Shown here: piece after piece, positions 1-8,120 of the stretch
Layout: every line of letters starts with the position of its first letter
How positions within the stretch are numbered: the first letter of the stretch is position 1
Virus record (IMG/VR): IMGVR_UViG_3300046808_001301
Source: a virus
Length of the DNA: 64,000 nt
Strand: one strand, 5' to 3'
Notes under the pieces: model-generated
The model's database searches: none
Seen by the model: only the letters and a program-made list of their open reading frames with translations
What the model was told of the DNA's origin: nothing
Program-made: the position numbers and the translations under genes

Positions 1-111
1 TTTAAGATCTGTCGCAATAGTCATAAGACTCTTCCAAAGCATGTAGCGTTTGATGGAGAGAAGTTTACATACGAGACTGGCTACAAGACTAAGGCAACTC
101 GCAAGCGATAG
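1..111 (+). CDS. 3' end of hypothetical protein (truncated by window)
   Basis: Frame 1 is open to TAG at 109-111. Confidence 0.5.
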   Translation, partial: FKICRNSHKTLPKHVAFDGEKFTYETGYKTKATRKR

Positions 112-114
112 TCA

Positions 115-143
115 TTGACCTGTCCAATCTGAGTCCCTATACT
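115..143 (+). promoter_or_regulatory. Early sigma70-type promoter with TGTCC box
   Basis: TTGACC-TGTCC, 17-nt spacer, TATACT; ATG 10 nt downstream. Confidence 0.85.
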
Positions 144-153
144 GATCCCTGTA

Positions 154-408
154 ATGAAAGAGACCCACTACATTGTCAGAACTCCAAAACATCAACTTGA
201 TTGTTCGAAGACCAAATACTTTTCCTCTATAAAGAAGGCTGAGCAGTTCATCAGCAAAGAGTTAGCAACTATTCAGAAATGGTACTCTAACTCAAGCTTT
301 ACAGATCCTCAAGATACTCAGAGACAATTCCAAAAGTCTGAAGCATTTAGGAAGTTTGCTTTGGTCAAGCCAATTGCTTTTGAGGTAGAGATGCAAGACT
401 TCAATTGA
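154..408 (+). CDS. hypothetical early protein
   Basis: ORF directly after promoter repeat. Confidence 0.8.
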   Translation: MKETHYIVRTPKHQLDCSKTKYFSSIKKAEQFISKELATIQKWYSNSSFTDPQDTQRQFQKSEAFRKFALVKPIAFEVEMQDFN

Positions 409-433
409 CCTGTCCACTCTGAGTCCCTATACT
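405..433 (+). promoter_or_regulatory. Early promoter with TGTCC box
   Basis: TTGACC-N17-TATACT. Confidence 0.85.
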
Positions 434-443
434 GATCCCTGTA

Positions 444-791
444 ATGAGAAAGAACACACCACTCACAATCACTAAACGAATCGCAGAAGCTCTGGGACAA
501 GACACAGAGATGGCTGATGCACTTCAGGTAGTTCGCTACAGGGCTGTGGCAGAGATCGTTAGTAGCTTCCTGAACTACACTGGAAAGAACGAAGTAGGTC
601 AGCAAGGGTTCTTTGCTGGGATGATCATTAGGATCCTCCAGCCTGATGAGAAGGCTGTACACTTCTCTGATCTTCAGACGGTTATCAATATCATCCAGAA
701 GGGTGATAAGGCTATCCAGGACGAGATGAAGCAGGAGAGGGAAGACTGGCTAGCTGCACGGAAGGCTGATAGGGAACTGGCTACTGTTTAA
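444..791 (+). CDS. hypothetical early protein
   Basis: ORF after promoter repeat. Confidence 0.8.
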   Translation: MRKNTPLTITKRIAEALGQDTEMADALQVVRYRAVAEIVSSFLNYTGKNEVGQQGFFAGMIIRILQPDEKAVHFSDLQTVINIIQKGDKAIQDEMKQEREDWLAARKADRELATV

Positions 792-797
792 TACTTT

Positions 798-953
798 ATG
801 ATTAAGAACATTAAACGAGCACTAGTAATTCCTATTCTGTTTATGTTGTCTGCGGTAGTATGGACTATGTGGGGAGTAATTTTTTCAGCTGAATGGGTAA
901 TGAAATCTATAGAACATTACGGAGATAAACTTTTTAAGTGGACATACAAATAA
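798..953 (+). CDS. small membrane protein (51 aa)
   Basis: Hand-translated MIKNIKRALVIPILFMLSAVVWTMWGVIF...; fills the gap. Confidence 0.6.
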   Translation: MIKNIKRALVIPILFMLSAVVWTMWGVIFSAEWVMKSIEHYGDKLFKWTYK

Positions 954-986
954 CTTACCTAGGATTGACCTGAATATATCTAAACA

Positions 987-1256
987 ATGAACACTGTCTA
1001 TTGCCTCTCCGGTATCCTCCCTGTCAAGCAACTCCTTGGTCTGTATAAGACCTACAACGAAGCGTACGATGCAATGCAAGAGTACTTCGACAAGACTCTG
1101 GATGAGGATGGAGTAGGCAAGTACCTGTATCAGTACGACAAGTATCTGATTGAGTCTCGGGACGTTGGACTCCCAGCAGACAAGCAGAACAGGATCTGGT
1201 ATGTAGAGTACAAAGCAGACTACGCTGCAGGGACTTGCAAAGAGATTGTCGAGTAA
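987..1256 (+). CDS. hypothetical protein
   Basis: ORF in packed + strand array. Confidence 0.75.
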   Translation: MNTVYCLSGILPVKQLLGLYKTYNEAYDAMQEYFDKTLDEDGVGKYLYQYDKYLIESRDVGLPADKQNRIWYVEYKADYAAGTCKEIVE

Positions 1257-1267
1257 TAATTTAAACA

Positions 1268-1450
1268 ATGAACAAGTACAAAGTCCAAGCAATTGGTAGG
1301 CAGTCTAAGGCAATTGGCATCACTCACTTCTTTGAGGAAGAAGTAGAAGTCTCTGACAAGACTGATATCCGAATGGCTCTTTATGAGGGACGTACAAAGA
1401 GTGGCAAAGCTTGGGAGTGCATCACTGCACTAAAGTATAAACAATTATGA
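1268..1450 (+). CDS. hypothetical protein
   Basis: ORF, overlaps next start. Confidence 0.7.
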   Translation: MNKYKVQAIGRQSKAIGITHFFEEEVEVSDKTDIRMALYEGRTKSGKAWECITALKYKQL

Positions 1451-1761
1451 AAGACGAACAAGAAGAGAAGCGATACACCAATGAAGAGATCTGGGAGATG
1501 TTCGAGAATGATGATACACTCCCACAGGACTTTAGGTCAGAGGTCCTTGCAAGGCTTGATGCTACATACCAAGCAATGCATGATAGCGTTCATTTTAGAG
1601 AAGAGAGGATGCATGTGATGGATCCGTACAGCGATAGGTGGGTAGATCAATACAACCGTTTTGTAACTTTGTATCAGCATTACCAGTCTCATCCAGAGTA
1701 TTATGTTACAATGGTCCTCAAAAGGATTGCAGAAGAAGAACAAAAGAAAGCAAACAAATGA
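1447..1761 (+). CDS. hypothetical protein
   Basis: ORF, ATGA coupling to next gene. Confidence 0.75.
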   Translation: MKDEQEEKRYTNEEIWEMFENDDTLPQDFRSEVLARLDATYQAMHDSVHFREERMHVMDPYSDRWVDQYNRFVTLYQHYQSHPEYYVTMVLKRIAEEEQKKANK

Positions 1762-1913
1762 GCGACACACCCGAGACAGATCGCTTAGCTGAAGAGTTTA
1801 AGAGAAACACCTTACCCGATGACGTTAAGCTAGATGTATTGTTTGGGTATACTCGTAAGCTTGAGAGAGAATGTACTAGACTAGAACAAATACTAAAAGA
1901 TAAATCACAATGA
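1758..1913 (+). CDS. MSDTPETD-family small coiled-coil protein
   Basis: True start at 1758 (MSDTPETDRL...RKLERE). Confidence 0.7.
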   Translation: MSDTPETDRLAEEFKRNTLPDDVKLDVLFGYTRKLERECTRLEQILKDKSQ

Positions 1914-2233
1914 GCGACACACCCGAGACAGATGCAGAAGAAGATGCATCACATAACTTTGCGGAACTTGTTGTTCCATCCAGTCTATCTCGCAGACTAG
2001 AACGCGCGCTCACCGAGGCGAGGGAGAAGGCCGCTCAATGGGAAAGAATAGCTTTGCGTGCAGACACAGAACGCGCCGAGGCGATAAAGCAAAGCGCCAA
2101 GCTCCGCGACATCGCAGACGGATGTCTAATAGCTTTAGAGCGAGCCACTAAATACCTACCAGAGTATTCGCGCATAAATTATGAAGATGCACTTTGGCGT
2201 CTTCGTAAAAAACTTGAGGAGGAAACTAAATGA
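1910..2233 (+). CDS. MSDTPETD-family coiled-coil protein
   Basis: MSDTPETD...RRLERALTEARE. Confidence 0.75.
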   Translation: MSDTPETDAEEDASHNFAELVVPSSLSRRLERALTEAREKAAQWERIALRADTERAEAIKQSAKLRDIADGCLIALERATKYLPEYSRINYEDALWRLRKKLEEETK

Positions 2234-2616
2234 CAGACACGCCAGAAACAAAAGCATTCAAAACACGCATTCGCGGAATCGACGGAGACAAACACTGGGT
2301 TCCTGCGCTTTTTGCAGAGAGGCTAGAACGCGAGCGCGACGAGGCGAGGGAAGAGCTTCACAAAGCCAGCGTTGAAGCAAACGCTTTGGCGACATCTATT
2401 CAAAAAGCTGAGTATTCTGATGCAAAAGAATTTGAGCTATTGGGATCTGTTGCAGGAGTTATTTCTCAAATCGACAATATGTATGCCGGAGTAAGGCAAC
2501 AGCGCGACGAGGCGAGGGATACAGTGGAACAACTCACCAAGCATGGACTCGATCTGATGGACGCCAACCGCATGCTAAAGCGTGAACTCAAACGACTTAA
2601 GGAGAATACAAAATGA
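2230..2616 (+). CDS. MSDTPETD-family coiled-coil protein
   Basis: MTDTPET...ERLERERDEARE, second RDEAR repeat. Confidence 0.75.
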   Translation: MTDTPETKAFKTRIRGIDGDKHWVPALFAERLERERDEAREELHKASVEANALATSIQKAEYSDAKEFELLGSVAGVISQIDNMYAGVRQQRDEARDTVEQLTKHGLDLMDANRMLKRELKRLKENTK

Positions 2617-2960
2617 GTGATACAGACTTTGAATTCAATATGGACTTTGCTTTGATGGATCAAGAGATTGAGAAGTTCAAGGCAGAGAACAATAGGATCC
2701 TGAATGAGTGGTACAAGGACTGCGAACTACTTCATGCTCAGATAGCGGACCTGCACAACATTAACAAGGAGCTTGAGCTGCGCCGAGAGGAAACGATAAT
2801 GCAGTGCGAGCTACTTAAACAAGACCTAGCAAAGGCTGCAGAGGTTCTCAAGTATATTGAAGAGCAGTCCAGACAAAGCGTTACAGTGGTTGTTGGAGCT
2901 CCATTGAGGGAAGCAGTCTGCAATTGTCTTGATGGTATATGTGGCAAGATTGATAAATAA
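2613..2960 (+). CDS. hypothetical coiled-coil protein
   Basis: ORF with heptad character. Confidence 0.7.
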   Translation: MSDTDFEFNMDFALMDQEIEKFKAENNRILNEWYKDCELLHAQIADLHNINKELELRREETIMQCELLKQDLAKAAEVLKYIEEQSRQSVTVVVGAPLREAVCNCLDGICGKIDK

Positions 2961-2966
2961 AAGGAC

Positions 2967-3428
2967 ATGAAGTCCAACGACCAACAATTGCTAGAAGAAG
3001 CATATAACAAGGTCCTCATCGAACAGATTACAGACGAGTGGTTTCAAGAAGGGTCGTTTGAGACTTATAAGAAGCCAGCTATTGAGCCATACGAAGTAGC
3101 TAAGGAAGACGGGACACTACAGACACTAGAAGGTCCTCAGCAATACAAAGCTGGCTTCTATATCGTGACTGGACCAAAGGGAGAGAAGTATTCTATGCCT
3201 CCAGAGAAGTTTAAAGAGCTCAAGGATGATAATGGAGACGGAACAGCTTCTCCTAAGAAGATTGTAAAGCTTGCTAAGCTTGCTGATTCAGATGGAAAGG
3301 TTAAAACTTCTTGGGGAGCAGAGCTTGAATACAAAACCGGAGAAGACTATATAGTCAAGCATGGTCCAGGAGACTATGGAGTGGTTAAGAAAGACATCTT
3401 CGCAAACACATATTCCTTAAATAAATAG
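2967..3428 (+). CDS. DQQLLEEAY-leader protein with duplicated PGDYG-type domain
   Basis: Leader MKSNDQQLLEEAY; two internal repeats (TLEG..Y.AG.YIV.GPKGE / TSWG..Y.TG.DYIV.HGPGDYG); TAAATA upstream. Confidence 0.8.
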   Translation: MKSNDQQLLEEAYNKVLIEQITDEWFQEGSFETYKKPAIEPYEVAKEDGTLQTLEGPQQYKAGFYIVTGPKGEKYSMPPEKFKELKDDNGDGTASPKKIVKLAKLADSDGKVKTSWGAELEYKTGEDYIVKHGPGDYGVVKKDIFANTYSLNK

Positions 3429-3429
3429 C

Positions 3430-3798
3430 ATGACGATGTCCAACGACCAACAATTATTAGAAGAAGCTTACGAGATGGTATGTGAAAATGGTATACCTCC
3501 GGCAGTGTTTCTTCCTTTGATATCGCTTCTTGGTTCGATCATAGGCTCATCTCTTTCTCAGTACTTTGGTATGTATAACGAAGATCCGAGAACACTTAAA
3601 GAAAAAATCCAAGCTTGGTTTCGAGATAGGACTCTTAAGAAGATTGCTAAGAGGCTTAAAGATGATCCAGAAGTCATTGACTTTGTACGGAATCCAACAA
3701 AGAAGGGTTGGCGGATGATGATGAGTTCCAAGCTATCCGAAGACGAACTTCAGTACTTAAAAAGTCTTAATAGAAGTTATTTTACTTGGCGCAGATAA
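3430..3798 (+). CDS. DQQLLEEAY-leader protein with hydrophobic segment
   Basis: MSNDQQLLEEAYEMVCE then IPPAVFLPLISLLGSIIG; TAAATA upstream. Confidence 0.8.
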   Translation: MTMSNDQQLLEEAYEMVCENGIPPAVFLPLISLLGSIIGSSLSQYFGMYNEDPRTLKEKIQAWFRDRTLKKIAKRLKDDPEVIDFVRNPTKKGWRMMMSSKLSEDELQYLKSLNRSYFTWRR

Positions 3799-3802
3799 TT
3801 CG

Positions 3803-3831
3803 TTGACCTGTCTGCAGGACTATAAGATAGT
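3803..3831 (+). promoter_or_regulatory. Early promoter driving tRNA-like RNAs
   Basis: TTGACC-TGTCT, N17, GATAGT. Confidence 0.55.
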
Positions 3832-3842
3832 CTTTAACAGTA

Positions 3843-3915
3843 TGCGATGTAGCTCAAATGACTAGAGTCCTACTTTGTAGGTAGGAGGTTGAGGGTTAAA
3901 GTCCCTCCATTGCAG
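3843..3915 (+). tRNA. degenerate tRNA-Thr(UGU)-like RNA
   Basis: Cloverleaf TGCGATG/CATTGCA, CCTAC-TTTGTAG-GTAGG, GAGGG-TTAAAGT-CCCTC; lacks D-loop GG and TTC. Confidence 0.7.
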
Positions 3916-3920
3916 AAAAG

Positions 3921-3996
3921 TGACGCTTGGTGTAGAATAGAAAGCATCGCTCTCGTATGGGGGCGGGGACAGAGGCAGGGTCTGTAGCGTCATCCA
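3921..3996 (+). ncRNA. 76-nt tRNA-like RNA with non-canonical loops and encoded CCA
   Basis: TGACGCT/AGCGTCA acceptor, ACAGA-GGCAGGG-TCTGT T-arm, irregular anticodon loop, TCCA end. Confidence 0.7.
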
Positions 3997-4004
3997 ATTT
4001 TCCG

Positions 4005-4033
4005 TTGACCTGTCCAAGTGCTGACAGGACTAT
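4005..4033 (+). promoter_or_regulatory. Early leaderless promoter of rtcB
   Basis: TTGACC-TGTCC, N17, GACTAT; ATG 7 nt later. Confidence 0.65.
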
Positions 4034-4040
4034 ATACATC

Positions 4041-5213
4041 ATGAAGGAAGTAACTGTATTTGGGCAACATGATGAAGGGACTCTGCAGCAGATCAATCTC
4101 TGTGCACAGGGTGCTGAGATGGCTGCACTGATGGCTGACGGGCACAAGGGATATGCTCAGCCAATCGGTGGGGTTGTGGCATACAAGGATAAGGTATCGA
4201 TCTCTGGTGTAGGATTTGATATAGCTTGTGGTAACATGGCTATCCGTACTGATGTGTCTTTAAAGGATGTAAAGGGAAGAGTCCAGACGATCATGGATGA
4301 TGTTGTGAATAATATCTCGTTTGGGGTAGGGAGAGTTAATAATACTCCTGTTGATCATGAGTTGTTTAACAATGATCTGTGGCTAGAGGAACCTTTTAAG
4401 TCTTGGAAGAAGATGGCTATGGACCAGCTTGGGACTGTTGGGTCTGGGAACCACTATGTAGATATCTTTGCGGATGAGAATGATATGGTATGGGTCGGAG
4501 TACACTTTGGTTCTCGCGGACTGGGTCACAAGACTGCTACCTACTTCTTGAAGGCTGCAGGAGGTAAGGATGGAATGGATGTAGAGCCTTGTGTAGTAGA
4601 TGTTAACACTGAGGTAGGTTCTGCTTATCTTCGAGCAATGACTGTAGCTGGCGAGTATGCTTATGCAGGCAGAGAGTATGTTGCAAGGCATGTAGTTAGG
4701 AACATCTTAGGCGCGCGAGTGGTTGAGGAGATTCACAATCACCACAACTTTGCTTGGAAGGAGACTCACTTTGGGGAAGACTATTATGTTGTCCGGAAGG
4801 GAGCTACTCCTGCGTTCGCTGGCCAGAAGGGATTCGTTGGAGGATCAATGGGAGATAATTCTGTTATCCTTCAAGGAGTTGATAGCGAGTTGTCTAAGAA
4901 TGCTTTGTATAGCACTGTGCACGGAGCAGGTCGAGTTATGTCTCGGACTGCTGCTATTGGCAAGTTCGTAAAGGACGAACAAGGCAGGAAGATCCGTCAG
5001 CAAGGACTTGTCCGTCACGATGAGATGATGAAGTGGTTGAGGGACAAGAATGTAGTCCTGAGAGGCGGAGACCTTGATGAGGCTCCGCAAGCATATCGTA
5101 GGCTGGATGAAGTCCTTGCTCAACACGCTGGAACTATAGAAGTCCTTCACACTCTGAGACCTCTCGGAGTAGCAATGGCTGGTAAGGATATTAAGGATCC
5201 ATATAAAGATTGA
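4041..5213 (+). CDS. rtcB: RNA 3'-phosphate/5'-OH ligase RtcB
   Basis: Motifs MADGHKG, GFDIACG, LGTVGSGNHY, HFGSRGLG, HNHHN, RKGAT, HGAGR, DEAPQAY; start moved to 4041. Confidence 0.95.
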   Translation: MKEVTVFGQHDEGTLQQINLCAQGAEMAALMADGHKGYAQPIGGVVAYKDKVSISGVGFDIACGNMAIRTDVSLKDVKGRVQTIMDDVVNNISFGVGRVNNTPVDHELFNNDLWLEEPFKSWKKMAMDQLGTVGSGNHYVDIFADENDMVWVGVHFGSRGLGHKTATYFLKAAGGKDGMDVEPCVVDVNTEVGSAYLRAMTVAGEYAYAGREYVARHVVRNILGARVVEEIHNHHNFAWKETHFGEDYYVVRKGATPAFAGQKGFVGGSMGDNSVILQGVDSELSKNALYSTVHGAGRVMSRTAAIGKFVKDEQGRKIRQQGLVRHDEMMKWLRDKNVVLRGGDLDEAPQAYRRLDEVLAQHAGTIEVLHTLRPLGVAMAGKDIKDPYKD

Positions 5214-5245
5214 CTTGTCCAAGACCTTTCCGGAATATAGACAAC

Positions 5246-5635
5246 ATGAGCGACACACACAAGACAATTGATAGTTACATTAATGCTCTTCGCGAAAGGG
5301 CTACACAAGCTGGAGGACTCGAATATGCTTTGGGATTCCTCTATAGCACACTCGCAGATTTGAAACTGCAAGAGTATGAGATGGGACGCATACGAAAAGA
5401 TACATTTACTCTTCGTAAGCTTGTTGAACAAGAAAACAAGCAAAGAGCAGAGAACAGGTTGAATGATAACTGGATCCCAGCTTGTGGAGGGACAGAGGTA
5501 CCTTTTGTATCTCGTTCTGGCAAACGTCTTCAATATGTCTGGCAACCGTCTACTGGCTATCATGCTTACCTGGATCTGGATTCGGACACGATCCTGTCTG
5601 ATGAAGCTGCTGAGGCTGCTCTAGCTCTTCACTAA
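5246..5635 (+). CDS. hypothetical protein
   Basis: ATG 7 nt after TTGACT-TGTCC...GAATAT promoter (5210-5238). Confidence 0.75.
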   Translation: MSDTHKTIDSYINALRERATQAGGLEYALGFLYSTLADLKLQEYEMGRIRKDTFTLRKLVEQENKQRAENRLNDNWIPACGGTEVPFVSRSGKRLQYVWQPSTGYHAYLDLDSDTILSDEAAEAALALH

Positions 5636-5639
5636 TCTT

Positions 5640-5894
5640 ATGACAACTGCAAACATTAATGGCAAGGAGACTTCTGCAAAGGAGTTTGCTTATGACGGGT
5701 GCCACAAGATTTATCTCTTAGATCAAGAACAAGATAGAGACGAAGCTCGGGATTGTGGTTATGATATTTTGCCTATCTCTCAGCTACAGAAGACATTTGA
5801 CTCAAGCTGTGGACTGCAGTTCATTGACAATTGGAAACTTAACAAGTGCTATGTGTCTCAGTTTGATTCAGAAGCAGTTATAAACCTCATTTAA
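5640..5894 (+). CDS. hypothetical protein (AYDGCHKIY motif)
   Basis: ORF. Confidence 0.75.
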   Translation: MTTANINGKETSAKEFAYDGCHKIYLLDQEQDRDEARDCGYDILPISQLQKTFDSSCGLQFIDNWKLNKCYVSQFDSEAVINLI

Positions 5895-5899
5895 TATAT

Positions 5900-6097
5900 A
5901 TGACAAAACCAGAATATGAATTGATGGAATGCCTTGAGCAAGCACACGACGCATTGGTAGTTGCAGCAAAGATTGCTCACATCGAGAAGTTTCCAGAAGC
6001 TGCAAACATTTCAAGCCAGATTGATACACTAGAAGAGCTCATCAGTGATGCTTGGCAACGGTTTCGTTTAGAGGCGAAGCAATCTATTTGCGAATAG
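5900..6097 (+). CDS. hypothetical protein
   Basis: ORF. Confidence 0.7.
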   Translation: MTKPEYELMECLEQAHDALVVAAKIAHIEKFPEAANISSQIDTLEELISDAWQRFRLEAKQSICE

Positions 6098-6107
6098 AAA
6101 ATAAAAC

Positions 6108-6365
6108 ATGAATACTAAAGACATTAAGCTAGCACTGTGCGGGACCTTTGATACGTTCTCATTGCGCAAAGGAGAGTACACAATCAAGAAGTCCTACTAT
6201 TGGGGATTTGATTCCGACGGAAGTACTTTAGCTAACAAAGTTAAGAAGATCATCCCAGAAGCTGAAGTAGTTGATTATGGCAATCACTGGCATCCATTCG
6301 TGGGAGGAGCAAAGGCTGGGAGTTCACAGGATTCTTATCTTTACTGCAAATTTAAACTACAATGA
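6108..6365 (+). CDS. hypothetical protein
   Basis: ORF. Confidence 0.75.
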   Translation: MNTKDIKLALCGTFDTFSLRKGEYTIKKSYYWGFDSDGSTLANKVKKIIPEAEVVDYGNHWHPFVGGAKAGSSQDSYLYCKFKLQ

Positions 6366-6520
6366 AATTGATCAAGCTCACATACTTTGCAGCAGTAGTA
6401 TTTTATACAACACTACTGGTGACATTTTTAGGTCTCACTTCTTGCAGGGTATATGAACGATATGAAATCAAGAGACAAGCTGCAGCGATGCTAGATCATC
6501 CAAACCTCAACAAACATTAA
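6362..6520 (+). CDS. small membrane or lipoprotein-like peptide (52 aa)
   Basis: Hand-translated MKLIKLTYFAAVVFYTTLLVTFLGLTSC... Confidence 0.55.
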   Translation: MKLIKLTYFAAVVFYTTLLVTFLGLTSCRVYERYEIKRQAAAMLDHPNLNKH

Positions 6521-6521
6521 T

Positions 6522-6752
6522 ATGGAATACTTTAAGATTAATGAAGTGGAAAAGCGTCCGATTGAACAGATTAGGTATAAGCTTATGTACGACCGTCGGA
6601 ACTATACCTTTACGGATTATGTCTATACTGACACAGGCGATCCCGTGGCAGGTGGAGAGTTTGCTATCCTAGTAGACAATCAAGGAAGTACTGTTAAAGA
6701 TCAAAAGGTATTTGATGCAATTGTAGATTACATTATTAAAGAGACTTACTAA
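6522..6752 (+). CDS. hypothetical protein
   Basis: ORF. Confidence 0.7.
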   Translation: MEYFKINEVEKRPIEQIRYKLMYDRRNYTFTDYVYTDTGDPVAGGEFAILVDNQGSTVKDQKVFDAIVDYIIKETY

Positions 6753-6763
6753 TAAATAAAACC

Positions 6764-6901
6764 ATGGAACATAATGACTTAACGTTTGCAGAGTATAGAT
6801 TAGCTGTTCAACTTGCAAAACTTCCTAAAGAGAAAGTGCAACTCATTCTCAAGCAGGCAGCTATCCTGAAGCAAATACCGCCAAGTAAAACAAGAGAATA
6901 A
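6764..6901 (+). CDS. small hypothetical protein (45 aa)
   Basis: Hand-translated MEHNDLTFAEYRLAVQLAKLP...; TAAATA upstream. Confidence 0.55.
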   Translation: MEHNDLTFAEYRLAVQLAKLPKEKVQLILKQAAILKQIPPSKTRE

Positions 6902-6916
6902 GTGAACAAACGCTTG

Positions 6917-7003
6917 GGCCTGTACCCTTGTGAAACTCCGTATTTAAAGATAAGCAGGTCTGCTCCGAAATAAAAGGGTAGGAGAATAAGGAGCACTTTT
7001 TTT
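6917..7003 (+). ncRNA. candidate kissing-loop RNA element or terminator
   Basis: Two adjacent stems with complementary loops (TACCCTT/AAGGGTA), followed by T7. Confidence 0.4.
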
Positions 7004-7018
7004 ATTAAATAAAATAAT

Positions 7019-7387
7019 ATGAAACTCAATGATCGACAACTACTGGAAGAAGCTTACGAAAAAGTTGTGGAAAAATCTTTCCCTCCCGACATGAGAGAGA
7101 AGATCACAAGGTACGCTGAGTTGAGCGATCCAGATTTAGAACATACTGCAGAAGAGGAACTTGAATATGATGATCTGCAGAAGTGGGCTGACCAACACGG
7201 AGTGAGAGATCATTTTGAGAAGCATGCTCAATATTCTCACTACGCAAGGTCTTCTTCAAAAGGACAAGATGACCATTTACAAATGAGACAAAGGTTTATG
7301 AATCCTTTGAGAGTTAATAAAGACGGCAAAGCTAATAAAACAGACATTCAAGGTCGAAAGACCATGATTCGAGACTTGAAGTGGTAA
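7019..7387 (+). CDS. DQQLLEEAY-leader protein
   Basis: MKLNDRQLLEEAYEKVVE; TAAATA at 7006. Confidence 0.8.
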   Translation: MKLNDRQLLEEAYEKVVEKSFPPDMREKITRYAELSDPDLEHTAEEELEYDDLQKWADQHGVRDHFEKHAQYSHYARSSSKGQDDHLQMRQRFMNPLRVNKDGKANKTDIQGRKTMIRDLKW

Positions 7388-7391
7388 GATT

Positions 7392-7835
7392 ATGAAACCT
7401 ACTGACCAACAACTTTTAGAAGAAGCTTATTCAGCTATTAACGAGGGAAAAGACAATACTCCTGTACAAATATTAAAAGGTCCAGTCATGACTCATGTAA
7501 CCATTGAGGACTACTATGTGAGTCTTAATGGTACTGATTACCTTTATCGTACTACGCACACACCAGGACCAAGTAAGCGTCCAGGCAGCAACATCAAAAA
7601 AGAGGAATTGTTTATAGGATTTGGAGACAGCGATCCAAAGCCAACTCCAGGTTCCAACGTAGTCGATAGTCCTTCTCACGAGAAGACCCTTAAGTTAATT
7701 CGCAAGGCTGTAGCTAACCCAGCTAATAGACCGATAGAAAAAGTCTCTCGTAAAGACCTTCGTGACAAATACTCAAAACCCTCTGATCTTGGAAGACAGA
7801 AACCGTACGGATCTACAGGAACCACTGGTTGGTAA
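7392..7835 (+). CDS. DQQLLEEAY-leader protein
   Basis: MKPTDQQLLEEAYSAINE. Confidence 0.8.
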   Translation: MKPTDQQLLEEAYSAINEGKDNTPVQILKGPVMTHVTIEDYYVSLNGTDYLYRTTHTPGPSKRPGSNIKKEELFIGFGDSDPKPTPGSNVVDSPSHEKTLKLIRKAVANPANRPIEKVSRKDLRDKYSKPSDLGRQKPYGSTGTTGW

Positions 7836-7850
7836 AATACACAATCTTAT

Positions 7851-8120
7851 ATGAAAACCAAAGACCAACAACTTTTAGAAGAAGCTTACACCTCAGTTAA
7901 TGAGGGAGACGGTGGCATGGTAAGTGTAGAGATACCTTCTAAATTATGGAAGGCAGCCTTAAATGCTCACAAATTACCAAACTCCCCTGAAGTACTAGCA
8001 ATGGTAATGGGTGAAGTTGTAAATCTTTATTTGCAAAATAAACAATCAAAAAGACAAGAACAAAAAGACTTTCACAATTACATGAAGAAAGTCCATAGCG
8101 GAGAAGCCAGAGAAGATTAA
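7851..8120 (+). CDS. DQQLLEEAY-leader protein
   Basis: MKTKDQQLLEEAYTSVNE. Confidence 0.8.
   Translation: MKTKDQQLLEEAYTSVNEGDGGMVSVEIPSKLWKAALNAHKLPNSPEVLAMVMGEVVNLYLQNKQSKRQEQKDFHNYMKKVHSGEARED

Larger units (their letters stand above)
114..447 (+). repeat. 44-bp direct repeat (114-157 and 404-447) carrying promoter and start codon
   Basis: attgacctgtcca(a/c)tctgagtccctatactgatccctgtaatga, 1 mismatch. Confidence 0.95.

Noticed and set aside
3957-4040. N-terminal extension of RtcB in the ORF track
   Set aside because: It overlaps the tRNA-like RNA and the promoter; ATG 4041 fits the leaderless pattern.
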